Source: Octopus vulgaris
Taxonomy: Eukaryota
Direction: 5' to 3'
NCBI GenBank assembly: GCA_951406725.2
Contig: OX597827.1
Span: forward strand, 54,684,001-54,748,000
Length of the DNA: 64,000 nt
The notes beneath the pieces were generated by a model, which made no database searches, was not told where the DNA came from, and saw nothing but the letters and a program-made list of their open reading frames with translations. Below, piece by piece: positions 39,038-50,930 of this stretch. A program made the position numbers and the translations under genes. Position 1 is the first letter of the stretch, and each line of letters begins with the position of its first letter.

Positions 39038-39043
<6 letters not shown>
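38281..39043 (-). mobile_element. Young Penelope-pLTR/retrozyme-like insertion: 362-bp unit x ~1.5 plus inverted fragments, in the (TA)n of a family A SINE
   Basis: 38281-38470 recurs at 38643-38832 with one mismatch seen; 38829-39043 is a mosaic of reverse-complement pieces of the unit; (TA)n on both sides; contains a hammerhead. Confidence 0.85.
38509..38550 (-). ncRNA. Minimal type I hammerhead ribozyme, U3-A8 core variant
   Basis: Minus strand GCUACA-UUGACAA-GGGG(CAAUA)CCCC-GAAA-CGCG-UC-UGUAGC: 6-bp stem I, 4-bp stem II, palindromic ACGCGU stem III, GUC cleavage triplet. Confidence 0.88.
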
Positions 39044-39083
<40 letters not shown>

Positions 39084-40519
39084 ACTGGCTTCTGTATAGT
39101 TTCCATCTGCCAAATTTATTCACACCGCATTGGTTAGTAGCATGGTGTTAGTAGCATAGTGTTATTTATATTGGTTTTAAATTTTGGCACAAATCCAGCA
39201 ACTTCAGGGAAGGGTGTAAGTCCATTACTTTCACCCCAGTACTCAACTGGTACTTATTTTATCACCCCTGAAAGGATAAAAGATAAAGTTGACCTTGGCG
39301 GAATTTGAACTCAGAAAGTAAAGACAGATGAAATGCCACTAAGTATTTTGACCTTGTGCTCACCACTGCCTTTGTGTTATTTATAATGATAATGCTTCAG
39401 GTAAAACAGTAACCAACATCAACTTCACCTTCTCACCTTTGGATTTATATTTATGTTAATCTGATAAACTCTTTCGTTTATTTCTCTCAAGTGAATGTGA
39501 AATGTTTGAGTTATAATCTGTGGCATCCACCAAATTTTTGATTCACTTTACCAAATTCCTTACCGATTATCCTGCCCCATATCTTCTTCAAAGGTTAGCT
39601 TTGATGATGGTACCTCACTATGACCACAGTTCACTGGCTGAAACCACTAAAATAACATGATAGCCAAGCAGTTTAGCTAAAAGGAGATTTTTCATTCATT
39701 CTGTCAAATGTAAGGCTTATTTATTCACATTGTTTTGAATTGATCAAGCGTTATCTCATAGCTTTGAGATTTCAATGATGTAATTATTTCTTTTCAGAAT
39801 GACATTATAGGGTAGATGTGAAAGGTTAGATCTGGTCAGTCTGATTAAAGAATAGGTAAAATGTTAGGGCTGCATATTATTTTACACAACTCAATCTAGA
39901 CCTAAGCACTTGACTTTATAAAATCTACATTTGTAGACACCATTGCCATAACTACATGTTTGTATTTTGTTACAGAGTATCTTTCACTATAATTAACAAA
40001 GTGTGAAGGAAAATAAGTTGATGTAAAAAGTTTACAAATATGAATTTTTTACACTGGGATAAAGGTATAAATTTCAAGAGAAGGGTTGATTAAATTGATT
40101 CCAGTACTTGACTGATACTTTATTTTATCAATTCCCAAAGAATGGAAAGCAAATGACCTCAATGGAATTCAAACTTAGAATATAAAGCACCAGAACAAAT
40201 ACTCTAAGGAATTTTGTCTTCTGATTCTACCAATCCACTGAGGAAATCATTGTCAATATGAATAAAGCTTATATGTATTGGGAAGACGAGAGTTCAAACA
40301 GAGGCCTCTTTCTAAATAAGGGCTTTTCTCAAAACATTAAAAGTTCTCCTCATGACAAATATATTTGCAAACTTTATAACAAGGCTTTTACCAAAGAGGC
40401 CATTATTAGTTTTTTTGGACCCTTGTTTTATTTTGATTGAGCTAGAACATTTATTTGAGTGATCTTCTAGATCTAAACTAATCGCTTATTAGTGTGGCTG
40501 GCATTTGACAATGTGAAGT

Positions 40520-41145
40520 CATCCTCATCATCATCATTTAACATCCGTTTTCCATGCTAGCATGGGTTGTACAATTCGACTGGGGTCTGGGAAGCCAGGA
40601 GGCTGCACCAGGCTCTAGTCTGATCTAGCAGTGTTTCTACAGCTGGATGCCCTTCCTAATGCCAACCACTCTGTGAGTGTAGTGGGTGCTTTTACATGCC
40701 ACCGGCACAGGGGCCAGAGGAGGTTGGTAACGGCCACGATCAGTTGGTGCTTTTTATGTGCCACCAGCACAGAAGCCAGTCAAGGCAGCACTGGCATTGG
40801 CCACATTTGGATGGTGCTTTTTATGTGCCACTGGCATGGGGATCACAACTACAATTTCCATTTGATTTTCATTTTGATGTTGATGTACTTGACTCAATAG
40901 GTCTCCTCAAGCACAGCAGGTCACCCTACGATCCAAGGTACTTTTGAATGGGCTGGGGCTGGTTATGTGAAACTGGTGTAGGATACAGCCGTGAACTCAC
41001 TTTATTTGCCGGGTCTTTGCAGTCACAGTATATCTCCAGAGGTCTCAGTCTTTCATCATTACTTCTGTAAGGCCCAACATTTGAAGGTCATGCTTGACCA
41101 CCTCATCCCATGTCTTCCTGGGCCTACCTCTACCCTGGATTCCTG
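40520..41145 (-). mobile_element. RTE LINE 3' end with UTR and (GAT)n tail
   Basis: GIQGRGRPRKTWDEVVKHDLQMLGL; UTR with GGTTGGCATTAGGAAGGGCATCCAGC; CCATGCTAGCATGG hairpin; ATG-repeat tail. Confidence 0.85.
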
Positions 41146-41976
41146 CTATTATCTGACAGTGAAAGCTACTAAAAATAGAGGAACCAAAAAAAAATAAAAT
41201 GGAAAAAGTGTAAGATGAAAAAAACACGAGGACCTAGATCTCATTGAAGTAAATCAAGGAATTATGATTGATGATCTGATACATGATAGATTCATCTAAG
41301 AATAGAATAATTTCAAACTGAAGGGGTATTGTTTCTGTGGAATATGAAATGCTAGTTGATATAGAAACAATATTTAAGGATAGGCTCCATGAAAGGTTGT
41401 TGAATTAATCTTCTCTTCATGGACAACTTTGAAAATAAACTTGAGTTCTCTCATTTCTCTGTTACATTCAAAGTTGCCAGCAAAGTGTATCCAAATTAGG
41501 ATACTATCAATAATGACTTTGCTTTTCAGCCTGCTTGGGTTGATAAATAGAACGCAGAACTGTAAAATCTTTATTGAATGTTGGTGCTCATCTTTACCTG
41601 AAGATCATATGACCTGGTTTTATTCTTTTTCTTTCATTTTATATTTTAATAACTAATTCTTGTGTTGCAGTTCATACGGTGATGATGGACAATAGCTTTT
41701 CATTTTTAGAGTACCATTCAGATGTATTTGAGCATTACTAGAATCTTTATTGTTGGAGCCATCTACATAATGGAGTTATTTAAAAGATCTGACATTCTCT
41801 GTGGATTTTAACTGCAAATGAAATGAATGGTGTACAAAATATGCTTCAATGACATTAAAAATTGTCTTTGTTTTAGTTTTACAAATACTTTGTTTATATC
41901 TATAAGGAATATGGTTTAAATGTCATAGATAGTTTGTTGCTGCTTTAACACAAAAGAAACTAACATTTATAGCTAA

Positions 41977-42361
41977 CTAGCAGTATCACCCGGCGTTGCT
42001 CGGGTTTGTAAGGGAAATAACTATAAAGCATTTTTAGAGAGTTATAGCCAAAAAATAGCAAAAAAATGGAAAAAAAAATGATGGTAAATTTTTTTTTGTG
42101 AGTTAAAAGGTCGAGTTGCGTCCCCTAGACAGTCTGTCGTTTGTGTTTCTCATTCTCGACCCCATGTCGAATTTATCGATTTTTTTCAGAACTGGGGGAA
42201 CTTTTCAAAATTTTCGCTGCGTTAGTTTTGAATTATGACATTGGGCTATGTGTGTATCAAGTTTCATCAGAATCGGTTGAAAGCCGTGGTCAGGGTGAGG
42301 GTACAACCAAACAGACACACAGAAACACACACAGACAAACTGCCGTTTATATAGAGAGAGA
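41977..42361 (-). mobile_element. Non-autonomous Helitron
   Basis: 5' TC, 3' CCCGAGCAACGCCGGG hairpin then CTAG, A|T site. Confidence 0.9.
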
Positions 42362-43036
42362 TGCATATGCAATACATAAGCCAAATTACTTCTGTAAAAT
42401 GATCATAGAAATAAGTAGTTGAATTTTATTGAAATTTTCCACTTTAAAAAATTACCATTATTAATTTTCTTTGAATTTTATTTAAAAACAAAAGTAAAAA
42501 CCAATTATGTTCAATTTAGCGTTTTTAGTGTTTTGTGATTAAAAGCTAAAAATTATGCAAATTCATTGGAATTGATGATGTGTTTTTCAATTCTTTACAT
42601 TTTTTTTGTTGTTTGTGCTGCCCCATCTCCTCTCACATTAAATATTTTCAGCCTTGTTTCACATAAATTGAATAATTCTGTAAATTTGGATTATTTATTT
42701 ATTATACATGTTGTCTTCATCATCAAAATGTTACATTTTGTTTCAAAATAATATTTACTGGAAACCAATTTCATTAAAAATATTCTACTTTAATTATATT
42801 TTAGTGATCATTATATATTTACATCTCTAACAGATCGTAAACAATTAGTCTTTTAATACAACAAACATTCTGTTTTCTAACTTATTCTTTTAAGTTATAA
42901 AAAAAAATCTTTGAAAGATATTTCACTGTCATTATCATAGTACTGATGAGAGAGGGGGACAGACAGAGCTTGTATGTGATCATTTGATTGTTAGAAATAT
43001 CAGCCAAATCTTCCTCTACCATCACATCATACTGCC

Positions 43037-43264
43037 TTAACCACTTAGCATTTAGATTACTTTGTTAAATGTAATACTTATTTATTCACATTGTTTTGAA
43101 TTAATCATGAATTATCTTGTAGCTTTGAGATTTCAATAATGTGATCGTTTATTTTTACAATGACATTGTAGAGTAGGTGTGAGAGGTCAGATCTGGTCAG
43201 TTTGAACATAAAACAGGTAGAATATTTGAACCGGTTATGGTTAGTTTAAATGCTAAAGGGTTAT
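43037..43264. mobile_element. piggyBac-type MITE family D nested in an older repeat
   Basis: TTAACCACTTAGCATT ... AATGCTAAAGGGTTAT. Confidence 0.85.
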
Positions 43265-44441
43265 GATAGGACATGACATTGAATAATGCAGTCCCGTACA
43301 CAATACTATATCTGGATAAAACAGATAACTTTTGATCATAAGCTAGACATGATTGGGCTGGCCCGAGGCTAAACATTATCATTATCACCAATTATCAATC
43401 CCAATTAGTCCATGCTCACAAGTAATTAAGAAATCTACAGTCACATATCTTTCCATTGATCTTATACTATTCACTCAAGGGGATCTTAATACTTTCAGGT
43501 TTGAATTAATTACTCTTGAAACTTCATTCGTTCTACTCTGGTCATCTATAGGACTCATTGAGCCAAATTATCTGCTGAAAACAACAACTAAGCTCTCTTT
43601 CAGACAACCCCCTACCACCTTATAGAGAGAAGGTCGTATTGGATGATGTGATGCTAGATGTACTGTGACTGGAGGAAATATTACACCAGTGCTACTCAGA
43701 ATGGGTGGTACCACCCCATTTGTGTGAGGGCAATGAAAAATTTTATATGGGTACTGTGGATAAAGGGAGATAGTAGGGGTGGTACATAGCTATGTCTGAA
43801 TGGTTTTTCTTTTTTAGCTTTTGATTCTTATTTGAATATCACTTCTAAAAACAGCATAAAAAGTTTGTAATATGATAAATTGCTTGTTAGCCACAATTAC
43901 AACAGTAGACAAGATGAGTAATAATGACAAGATAACCAAAACAATATAATACCATATAGGGTATTGACTGACAGTTGGATAGTAAATGTGGGTAGATTTG
44001 ATTAATTAGTCACCATCACCCATGACACAAGTAAATTACTCTGGCCTGATATAATAGGGGCTAGAGTGTTGAACTGATGTTAAAATAGTGTGAGAAGTGT
44101 TGGACTACATGATCTCTGTTGGAACACTTGGATCATAGGTTTACAGGTCTACTTAATGAGGACTGACTTCTCAATTTAACTACTGCTGACTCACAGCTTG
44201 TTTCCCAAAGTATGCATCAATCATTCAAATTAAATGCCCTTGGCTACATGGGTTGTCTTTCTCTACTACAACCATTGTCTGTATCCTGTTTTGGGTTTTT
44301 TAATTTTTTTTTATTTTCTTTTGCAATATGCCATACAATTTATATAATTTTACAATGTAAAATATTTGCCTATTTTATCTTTTATTCGATTCAGTCATTG
44401 GACTGCTGCTATGCTGGGGTACTGCTTTGAAAGGTTTAGTC

Positions 44442-44751
44442 CAGTGATTCCCAACATGGGGCAAATTCCCCACCGGTGGGGCCTGGGGAAATTGTGGTTG
44501 GGCATGGTACCGTAGTTGGCAAGCACAAGGTTCTCATTAAACTCATTAAAATGAGTCATTTTTTTTTTCTCTTAGTCAATAATGTACTTTTTTATTTGCT
44601 CAGTATTTAATAAAAGAGTAGATTCTTTTGTATCAAAGATTTGTGATAGAATATTAAAAGTAAAGTTGTTTTTTTCCAATCACTGGTAGATCAATCATTT
44701 TTCTGGAAAGTTATGGTGGCGCTTGTGGGGAAGATAAGTTGGAAAACACTG
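44442..44751. mobile_element. hAT (Charlie-like) MITE inside a family A SINE
   Basis: CAGTGATTCCCAAC ... GTTGGAAAACACTG TIRs; TSD GTTTAGTC/GTTTACTT. Confidence 0.8.
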
Positions 44752-45094
44752 GTTTACTTGATCAAACCTACCCCAGTACTTATTTCAAAGTCTGATGCTT
44801 ATTCTAAGCGTCACTTGTGCCAAACTGCTAAGTTACGTGGACATAAACAAACCAACCCCAGTTGTCAAGTAGTGGACATACACACATACACATGTAAACA
44901 AAATCAAACATACATGCACAAGATGTGTGTTATTAGTTTGTGGGTCAGCTGCATTTTAGGTATAAGAGAACATATTCTCAGGGTACCTGGTGTTAAAAAC
45001 ACCTGAAAGTAAGTTATAGAGAAGCGAGACAACTCACATTAGGTTCCTTTTCGGAGCAACAGACATTGATGTTTCATCATTGTTGACTTTTCAA

Positions 45095-45326
45095 TGCAGC
45101 ATACTGAACACAGTCTACTGCCTCCTTCAAAACTTCCATGCTTCCTGAGATTCGCCAACACTACACCTGATTTTCTCCCCTCCATACACACGCAAGCATG
45201 TATCTGACTCATACACTGTTCACTTTCCGGACATTTGTACATTACTGCATATGCTTTATACGCACTTTTGACAAGTTGTGGTGCACCTGAGCACTGTATA
45301 CAATAATTTCATTATTATTATTATTA
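45095..45326 (+). mobile_element. LINE 3' end (CR1/L2-like) with (ATT)n tail
   Basis: Short C-terminal remnant STASFKTSMLPEIRQHYT*; UTR ending GCACCTGAGCACTGTATACAATAATTTC(ATT)n. Confidence 0.55.
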
Positions 45327-45716
45327 CTAGCAGTATCGCCCAGCGTTGCTCGGTTTTGTTTCAACCCTTTAGAATTGGAATTTTTGAAAAGTAAAAATTT
45401 TGCATTATGTAGCTTGTTATTCTCTTTAAGTGAACATTTTTCTGGTTGAAATACACCCAAAAATGGTGACACAGCAGTAAAAAAATCGTAAAAAATAGGG
45501 ATTTTCATAGAAAAAAAAGCACCTTTTTCATGTAAACAATTTTTGGTGTTAACATGGTCCGATTTGAATTTTTACTTCTACGGAAGGAAGAGCAAGCCTT
45601 CTATCATACTCTCAATTTTGGTCAACTTGTGCCGCATAGTCTCGGAGGAGATAGTGTTAGTTGAAGGCTACCAAACCTGCCATACACAGACAACTTCAGC
45701 TTTATATATAGAGAGA
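45327..45716 (-). mobile_element. Non-autonomous Helitron inserted in the (ATT)n tail
   Basis: Termini shared with 41977-42361; A|T site. Confidence 0.88.
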
Positions 45717-46073
45717 TTATACTACTGCAAGCTATATCGCTGACTATGACTATATGCTAAATGCTTTAAAAACTATTTACTGGAATGTCCTGTTTCATGC
45801 CATGGAAAAATTCAAATATGAATTAGAAGACACATACACAAGGTGCATGCTTTGTTAGTTTCTTGGGTTGGCTGCATTTTAGGTGTAACAGAATCTATTC
45901 TCAATGCACCTGGTGTTGAAAATACCTGAAAGTAAATCATCGGCAAGCAAGACAACTCACATCAGGTCCCTTTTGCAGCTGACCCATGAACTAATAACCC
46001 ACACACCTTGTGTATATGTGTTCGATTTTATTTATATACCTCGAGATGCTTCCAATTCATATTTCAGTATATA

Positions 46074-46314
46074 CAGGGTTGGCCACAAGTCACCCGACAG
46101 TAAATCAAAATTCCATAGACACTAAATAATACAATTTTATTTCTTCATTCCAGTTTTGAATGTTTAATAATTGAATGCTGTGAGTTAAAACCACCGATTT
46201 TTTTCCCCCCAACATTTGTTTATTTATTAGGGAAGTCTCATAAAATAATTTTTTGTCTTAATCTTGGAATTAAATGGTTTTAATTTACTGTCAGGTGACT
46301 TCTGGCCAACCCTG
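46074..46314. mobile_element. Tc1/mariner-type MITE
   Basis: TIRs CAGGGTTGGCCACAAGTCACCCGACAGTAAAT / ATTTACTGTCAGGTGACTTCTGGCCAACCCTG; TA TSD. Confidence 0.9.
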
Positions 46315-46321
46315 TACACAC

Positions 46322-46356
<35 letters not shown>

Positions 46357-46359
<3 letters not shown>

Positions 46360-46456
46360 TCATCATCATCATCATCATTTAGCGTCCGCTTTCCATGCTA
46401 GCATGGGTTGGACGGTTCAACTGGGGTCTGTGAAGCTGGAAGGCTTCGTCAGGCCA
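46357..46456 (-). mobile_element. 5'-truncated RTE-tail element in (TA)n
   Basis: Near-identical to 51436-51586; flanked by (TA)n. Confidence 0.8.
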
Positions 46457-47435
46457 TATATATATATATATATATAATCATCATTTAACACCCGTTGTCC
46501 ATGCTGGCATGGGTTTGATGGTTTGACTAGGGCTAGTAAATTGAGGGGTTGCACCAGACTCCAGCCTGATTTGGCATGGTTTCTATGGTTGGATGCCCTT
46601 CCTAATGCCAACCACTCTGAGAGTGTAATGGGTGCTTTTACATGCCACCAACATGGATGCCAGGCTTCCATATTATTTCCATCTACCAAATTCTCTCACA
46701 AGGCGCTGGTTGGCCTGGGGCATTAGTAGAAGACACTTGTCTAAAGTGTTGCACTGCGGGATTGAACTTGAAACCACATGGCTGCAGAGTGAGCTTCTTA
46801 ACTAGTCTCAATAACATACAATGTGGTGGGTCATACATTTCAGTTTAACATTTTTGTTTTTTATTTGTCCTTTTCTTTTTCCATGCTAGCATGGTGTATA
46901 TGTGGTGTGATGTTTGTTTTGATGGAGTAGTAGTAGACCCCCGTCCATTTCCTGCTTCTAGCCACTCAAATGTGAAGTAGGAATGGAACTCTTCTCCTCT
47001 CCCTCTCCATCCCCCCTCCAGTGTTTTCTGGCATCTGGAGCTTGCAGTTATGTGCTTTGTTAAAGGACACACCACAAAAGCTATGGTAATTTCAAGATGA
47101 ATGTGATCAGGAATCTATTATTTTAACCTCAAGGCAGTGTTTGCTTTTATTAAATAGTTTAGGAGAGTCTTTCTCATCAAGTAGATGGCCTCTTAACCTC
47201 TCCTTCTCTACTTACTTGGCAACAGAGTGGGTAACACTTGAAAATAGAATGGAAACTGACAAGTTATTAGGTGATTCACAGAGTTGACATCAAGTATTCT
47301 CACATATGAATAATAATAGATTGTGTGCGTTTTTTTTTTTTTTGTGAGCATGCTTTTATTCCATGTAGGAATGGAAGGCCATATAAAGTCATAATTGTAA
47401 GCAACAGCACTGCGAAACTGGTGAATTACTTATCA

Positions 47436-48127
47436 GGCAGAGATGTGGCTGTGTGGTAAGAAGCTCTCTTCCCAAACAAATGGTTCCGGATTCAGTCCTG
47501 CTGTGTGGCACCTTGGGCAAGTGTCTTCTACTATAGCTTCGGGCCAACCAATGGATTTGGTAGACAGAAACTGAAATATACTTGTTGTATATATGTGTGT
47601 ATATATATATATTTATATATATGTGTGTGTGTGTATATATATGTGTGTATATATATGTGTATATATATGTGTGTATATATATATATGCATATATGTGTAT
47701 ATATATATGTGTGTATATATATATATGCATATATATATATATGTATATGTGTATATATATATGTGTATATATATATGTGTATATATATATGCATATATAT
47801 ATGTGTATATATATATGTATATATATATGTGTATATATATGTATATATATGTATATATATGTGTATATATATATGTGTATATATATGTGTATATATATGT
47901 ATATATATATATGTGTGTGTGTGTTTTGTCTCCCACCACCACTTGAAATCAGTATTGGTATGTTTGTGTCCCTGCAACTTGGTGCTTTGGTAAAAATGAT
48001 CGATGGAATAAGTACCAGGTTTTTAAAAAATAAGTAATGGAATCAATTCATTCAACTAAAAATTCTTCGAGGCATGTAACCAGCATGGCTGCAGTCTAAT
48101 GACTGAAACGAGTAAAAGATAAAAGAT
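47436..48127 (+). mobile_element. SINE family A with expanded ~330-bp compound (TA/TG) microsatellite
   Basis: Head at 47436, microsatellite ~47588-47922, tail to 48127. Confidence 0.85.
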
Positions 48128-48175
48128 TCCAGTCCAGGAATTGAAACCTCAATCTTACAACCATGAATCCTAACC

Positions 48176-48407
48176 TATTTCTTTATTACCCACAAGGGGC
48201 TAAACACAGAGGCGACAAACAAGGACAGACATAGGTATTAAGTCGATTACATCGACCCCAGTGTGTAACTGGTACTTAATTTATCGACCCCGAAAGGATG
48301 AAAGGCATAGTCGACCTTGGCGGAATTTGAACTCACAACGTAACGCAGACGAAATACCGCTAAGCATTTCGCCTGGCGTGCTAATGTTTCTGCCAGCTCG
48401 CCGCCTT
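48176..48407 (-). mobile_element. SINE family C, full length, young
   Basis: 13-bp TSD ATGAATCCTAACC (48163-75, 48408-20). Confidence 0.93.
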
Positions 48408-48811
48408 ATGAATCCTAACCACTAAGCCACTCACTTCCACCTTATCTAAAATACATCCTCAAAATTAACCCTGTGTGTGTGTGTAACGAACACTTCCATG
48501 TATTTGGATAAAATTTTTTTTTTTATTAAGCTCTAGTCCAAGACTGTGACCATGCTGGAGCAGCATCGTTTAAGGCAGTTTATGTATGTTATAAAACATG
48601 AAATTATATTGCTTATAGTTAGGAGTACATGTTAGATACAAAGCTTTCATTTTCTCTTTGTCCTCATATGATGGAGTTTTGTTGTCAATTGGTGCCTGTT
48701 TCAACAACTCCATCCACGACCTACAATCAAAGAGAGAGAGGGAAGCTAACACTGACATGATGTAAACTAATAAAAAAAATAGGAAAAGCAAATTAATATT
48801 AAGCTCTAAAG

Positions 48812-48958
48812 CAGACATGGGCAACCTTTCTCAAGAAGTGAGCCACATGAGACATAACTTTTCATCAGGCAGGCTGTGCTTTTAAAAAACACCACAAGGT
48901 AATTTTCATTAAGTTTACTGCTCAGCAAGTCCTATAGGCCACAGTTTGCCCATGGCTG
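48812..48958. mobile_element. hAT (Charlie-like) MITE
   Basis: CAGACATGGGCAAC ... TTTGCCCATGGCTG; TSD CTCTAAAG/TTCTAAAG. Confidence 0.8.
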
Positions 48959-49050
48959 TTCTAAAGCATGTGGTGTAAAACATTTACTCTCAACCTTTAT
49001 TCTTGGCTTGCACATGCACGCATGCACGCACGCACACACACACACACAGA

Positions 49051-49216
49051 GGCAAAGGCATGGCTGTGTGGCAAGAAGCTTACTTCCTAACCACATGGTT
49101 CTGGGTTCAGCTCTACTGTGTGGCACTTGGGCAAATGTCTTCTACTATAACCTTAGGTTGACCAAATCTTTGTGAATGGATTTGGCAGACAGAAACTGGA
49201 AGAAACCTGTTGTATA

Positions 49217-49256
<40 letters not shown>

Positions 49257-49464
49257 TGTATGTGTCTGTGTTTGTTCCCCACCACCACTTGACAACTGGT
49301 GTTTATATCCCATAACTTAGCAGTTTGGCAAAAGCGATTGATAGAATAAGTGCCAAGCTTACAAAAAAAAAAAAATTAAGTACTGGAGTCAATCCATTCA
49401 GCTAACAAGATCTTCAAGGAGATGCTCCAGCATGACTGCAGTCTAATGACTGAAACAAGTAAAA
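49051..49464 (+). mobile_element. SINE family A
   Basis: Family head, body and tail. Confidence 0.85.
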
Positions 49465-49591
49465 GGGGGGAAAAAAAGATATCTATACACACACGCACGC
49501 ACACACAGAGGTGAGCACAAAAGTGCAAAACAAGGTGGAAAAAAGTACTCGAATACCAAATGTAGAGCAACATGGTTTTTATTAAAGCTGC

Positions 49592-49689
49592 AAAATTATC
49601 ACAGATGTTACTCAGTTTCACATTCCTGTTTGTTGGACAGTTGACAAATGGGAGCATAAAACTCTGAGTAACAGTTCTGTGATGGTTTT
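49592..49689. repeat. Inverted repeat with two decayed hammerhead-like motifs (Penelope-like remnant)
   Basis: Arms AAAATTATCACAGA.TGTTACTCAG.TTTCACATTCC / GGAGCATAAAACTCTGAGTAACAGTTCTGTGATGGTTTT. Confidence 0.55.
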
Positions 49690-49706
49690 ACCACTTTAAT
49701 AAAAGG

Positions 49707-49752
<46 letters not shown>

Positions 49753-49790
49753 TACATGCATACATACACACACACACACACACACACACA

Positions 49791-49948
49791 TTTATAGAAG
49801 ATTGATCGTTATGGTGAATCAGAGAGTGACCACTGGTTTCATGACTATGAAGTACGTGTCCGTTGAATTGCCTATGCAACTAAGAGCTTTATAGGTACTG
49901 AACCAATGGTCACTCTCTGGCCAACCATAACAATCAATGTTCTGTAAA
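49791..49948. repeat. Fold-back element with ~50-65 bp inverted arms
   Basis: TTTATAGAAGATTGATCGTTATGGTGAATCAGAGAGTGACCACTGGTTTCA matches the reverse complement of 49899-49948. Confidence 0.75.
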
Positions 49949-50159
49949 TATATTACTGCTCTGAAGTTTTAGAGTGTGCCTCTTTTCAGATATATAAACT
50001 GCGTTGTGTGTATGTGTGTTCCAGTTCTCATATAATGGTCAGGTTAAGGCAGTGAATTGGCAGAATCATAAATAGGCATTCCTGGTCTCTGTATTTTAAG
50101 CTCAAATCCTGCTAAAGTCTACTTTGCTTTTCATCTTTTTGGATCAATAGATAAAGTAC

Positions 50160-50216
<57 letters not shown>

Positions 50217-50542
50217 GATTGTTATTGAACAACTGAAGTCTCAAAATTGAAAACAACAGAATCCACCAACATATTTTCTGTGTAAATTGTTAAACAAACT
50301 CCTTACTTCTACTAAAAACCATACATACACACACACACACTCTCTCTCTCTCTCTCTCTTTCCCCCTCTCTCTCTTTCCCTCTCTTTCTCTCTCTCTGTA
50401 TATGCATATATATATATATATTACTCCTTTGCTTGTACTTTTGCTTCATTCCTCACTTTCAGAAACATATTCCCATCTTCAGTTCTAAACACATGAACAC
50501 TGTTTATTTATACCATAAGATGTATTTCAATGTTGCCTACAT

Positions 50543-50930
50543 TTCATACTGACATTGGATGAATGGGGTTCTGATAAGAAAATATCCGCATACTTAACAG
50601 GACCAACCAAAACCATTCACATTGTTAAGATAATGGGAACAGATCTGCATCTCATGTGAAAAAATAATTTGTAATCGGAGAGCAGAATATCTTGAGATGA
50701 ATAGGGAGTGGCAATGTATTCCTTGCTGTCATTTACAATAGCTATTGCTGTTTGAGTTGATCGCAGGAATTATAATATTACCAAGTAGAAGCTTGGATTA
50801 CATTTACTGCTGTATTACTGACAATGTTAGAAGATGACAATGATTAGATCCTTCAAGATCATAACTAGAGAACATTGTTTCGAAAGTATGGAATTTTGCT
50901 GCTTGCATTTAGCCATCGTATTGGCTCTTT
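50543..50930 (+). pseudogene. Probable hAT transposase fossil
   Basis: FILTLDEWGSDKKISAYL (cf. hAT SLTxDxWTS...YL) and, ~260 bp later, IYCCITDNV (cf. IVTDNA); frames disrupted. Confidence 0.5.

Noticed and set aside
44912-45985. LTR retrotransposon bounded by direct repeats
   Set aside because: No TG...CA ends, PBS, PPT or TSD seen; the interior is explained by LINE and Helitron insertions.
47389-48037. Overlapping 109-162 aa ORFs rich in Y/I/C/V/H/T
   Set aside because: Translations of a compound (TA/TG) microsatellite inside a SINE.
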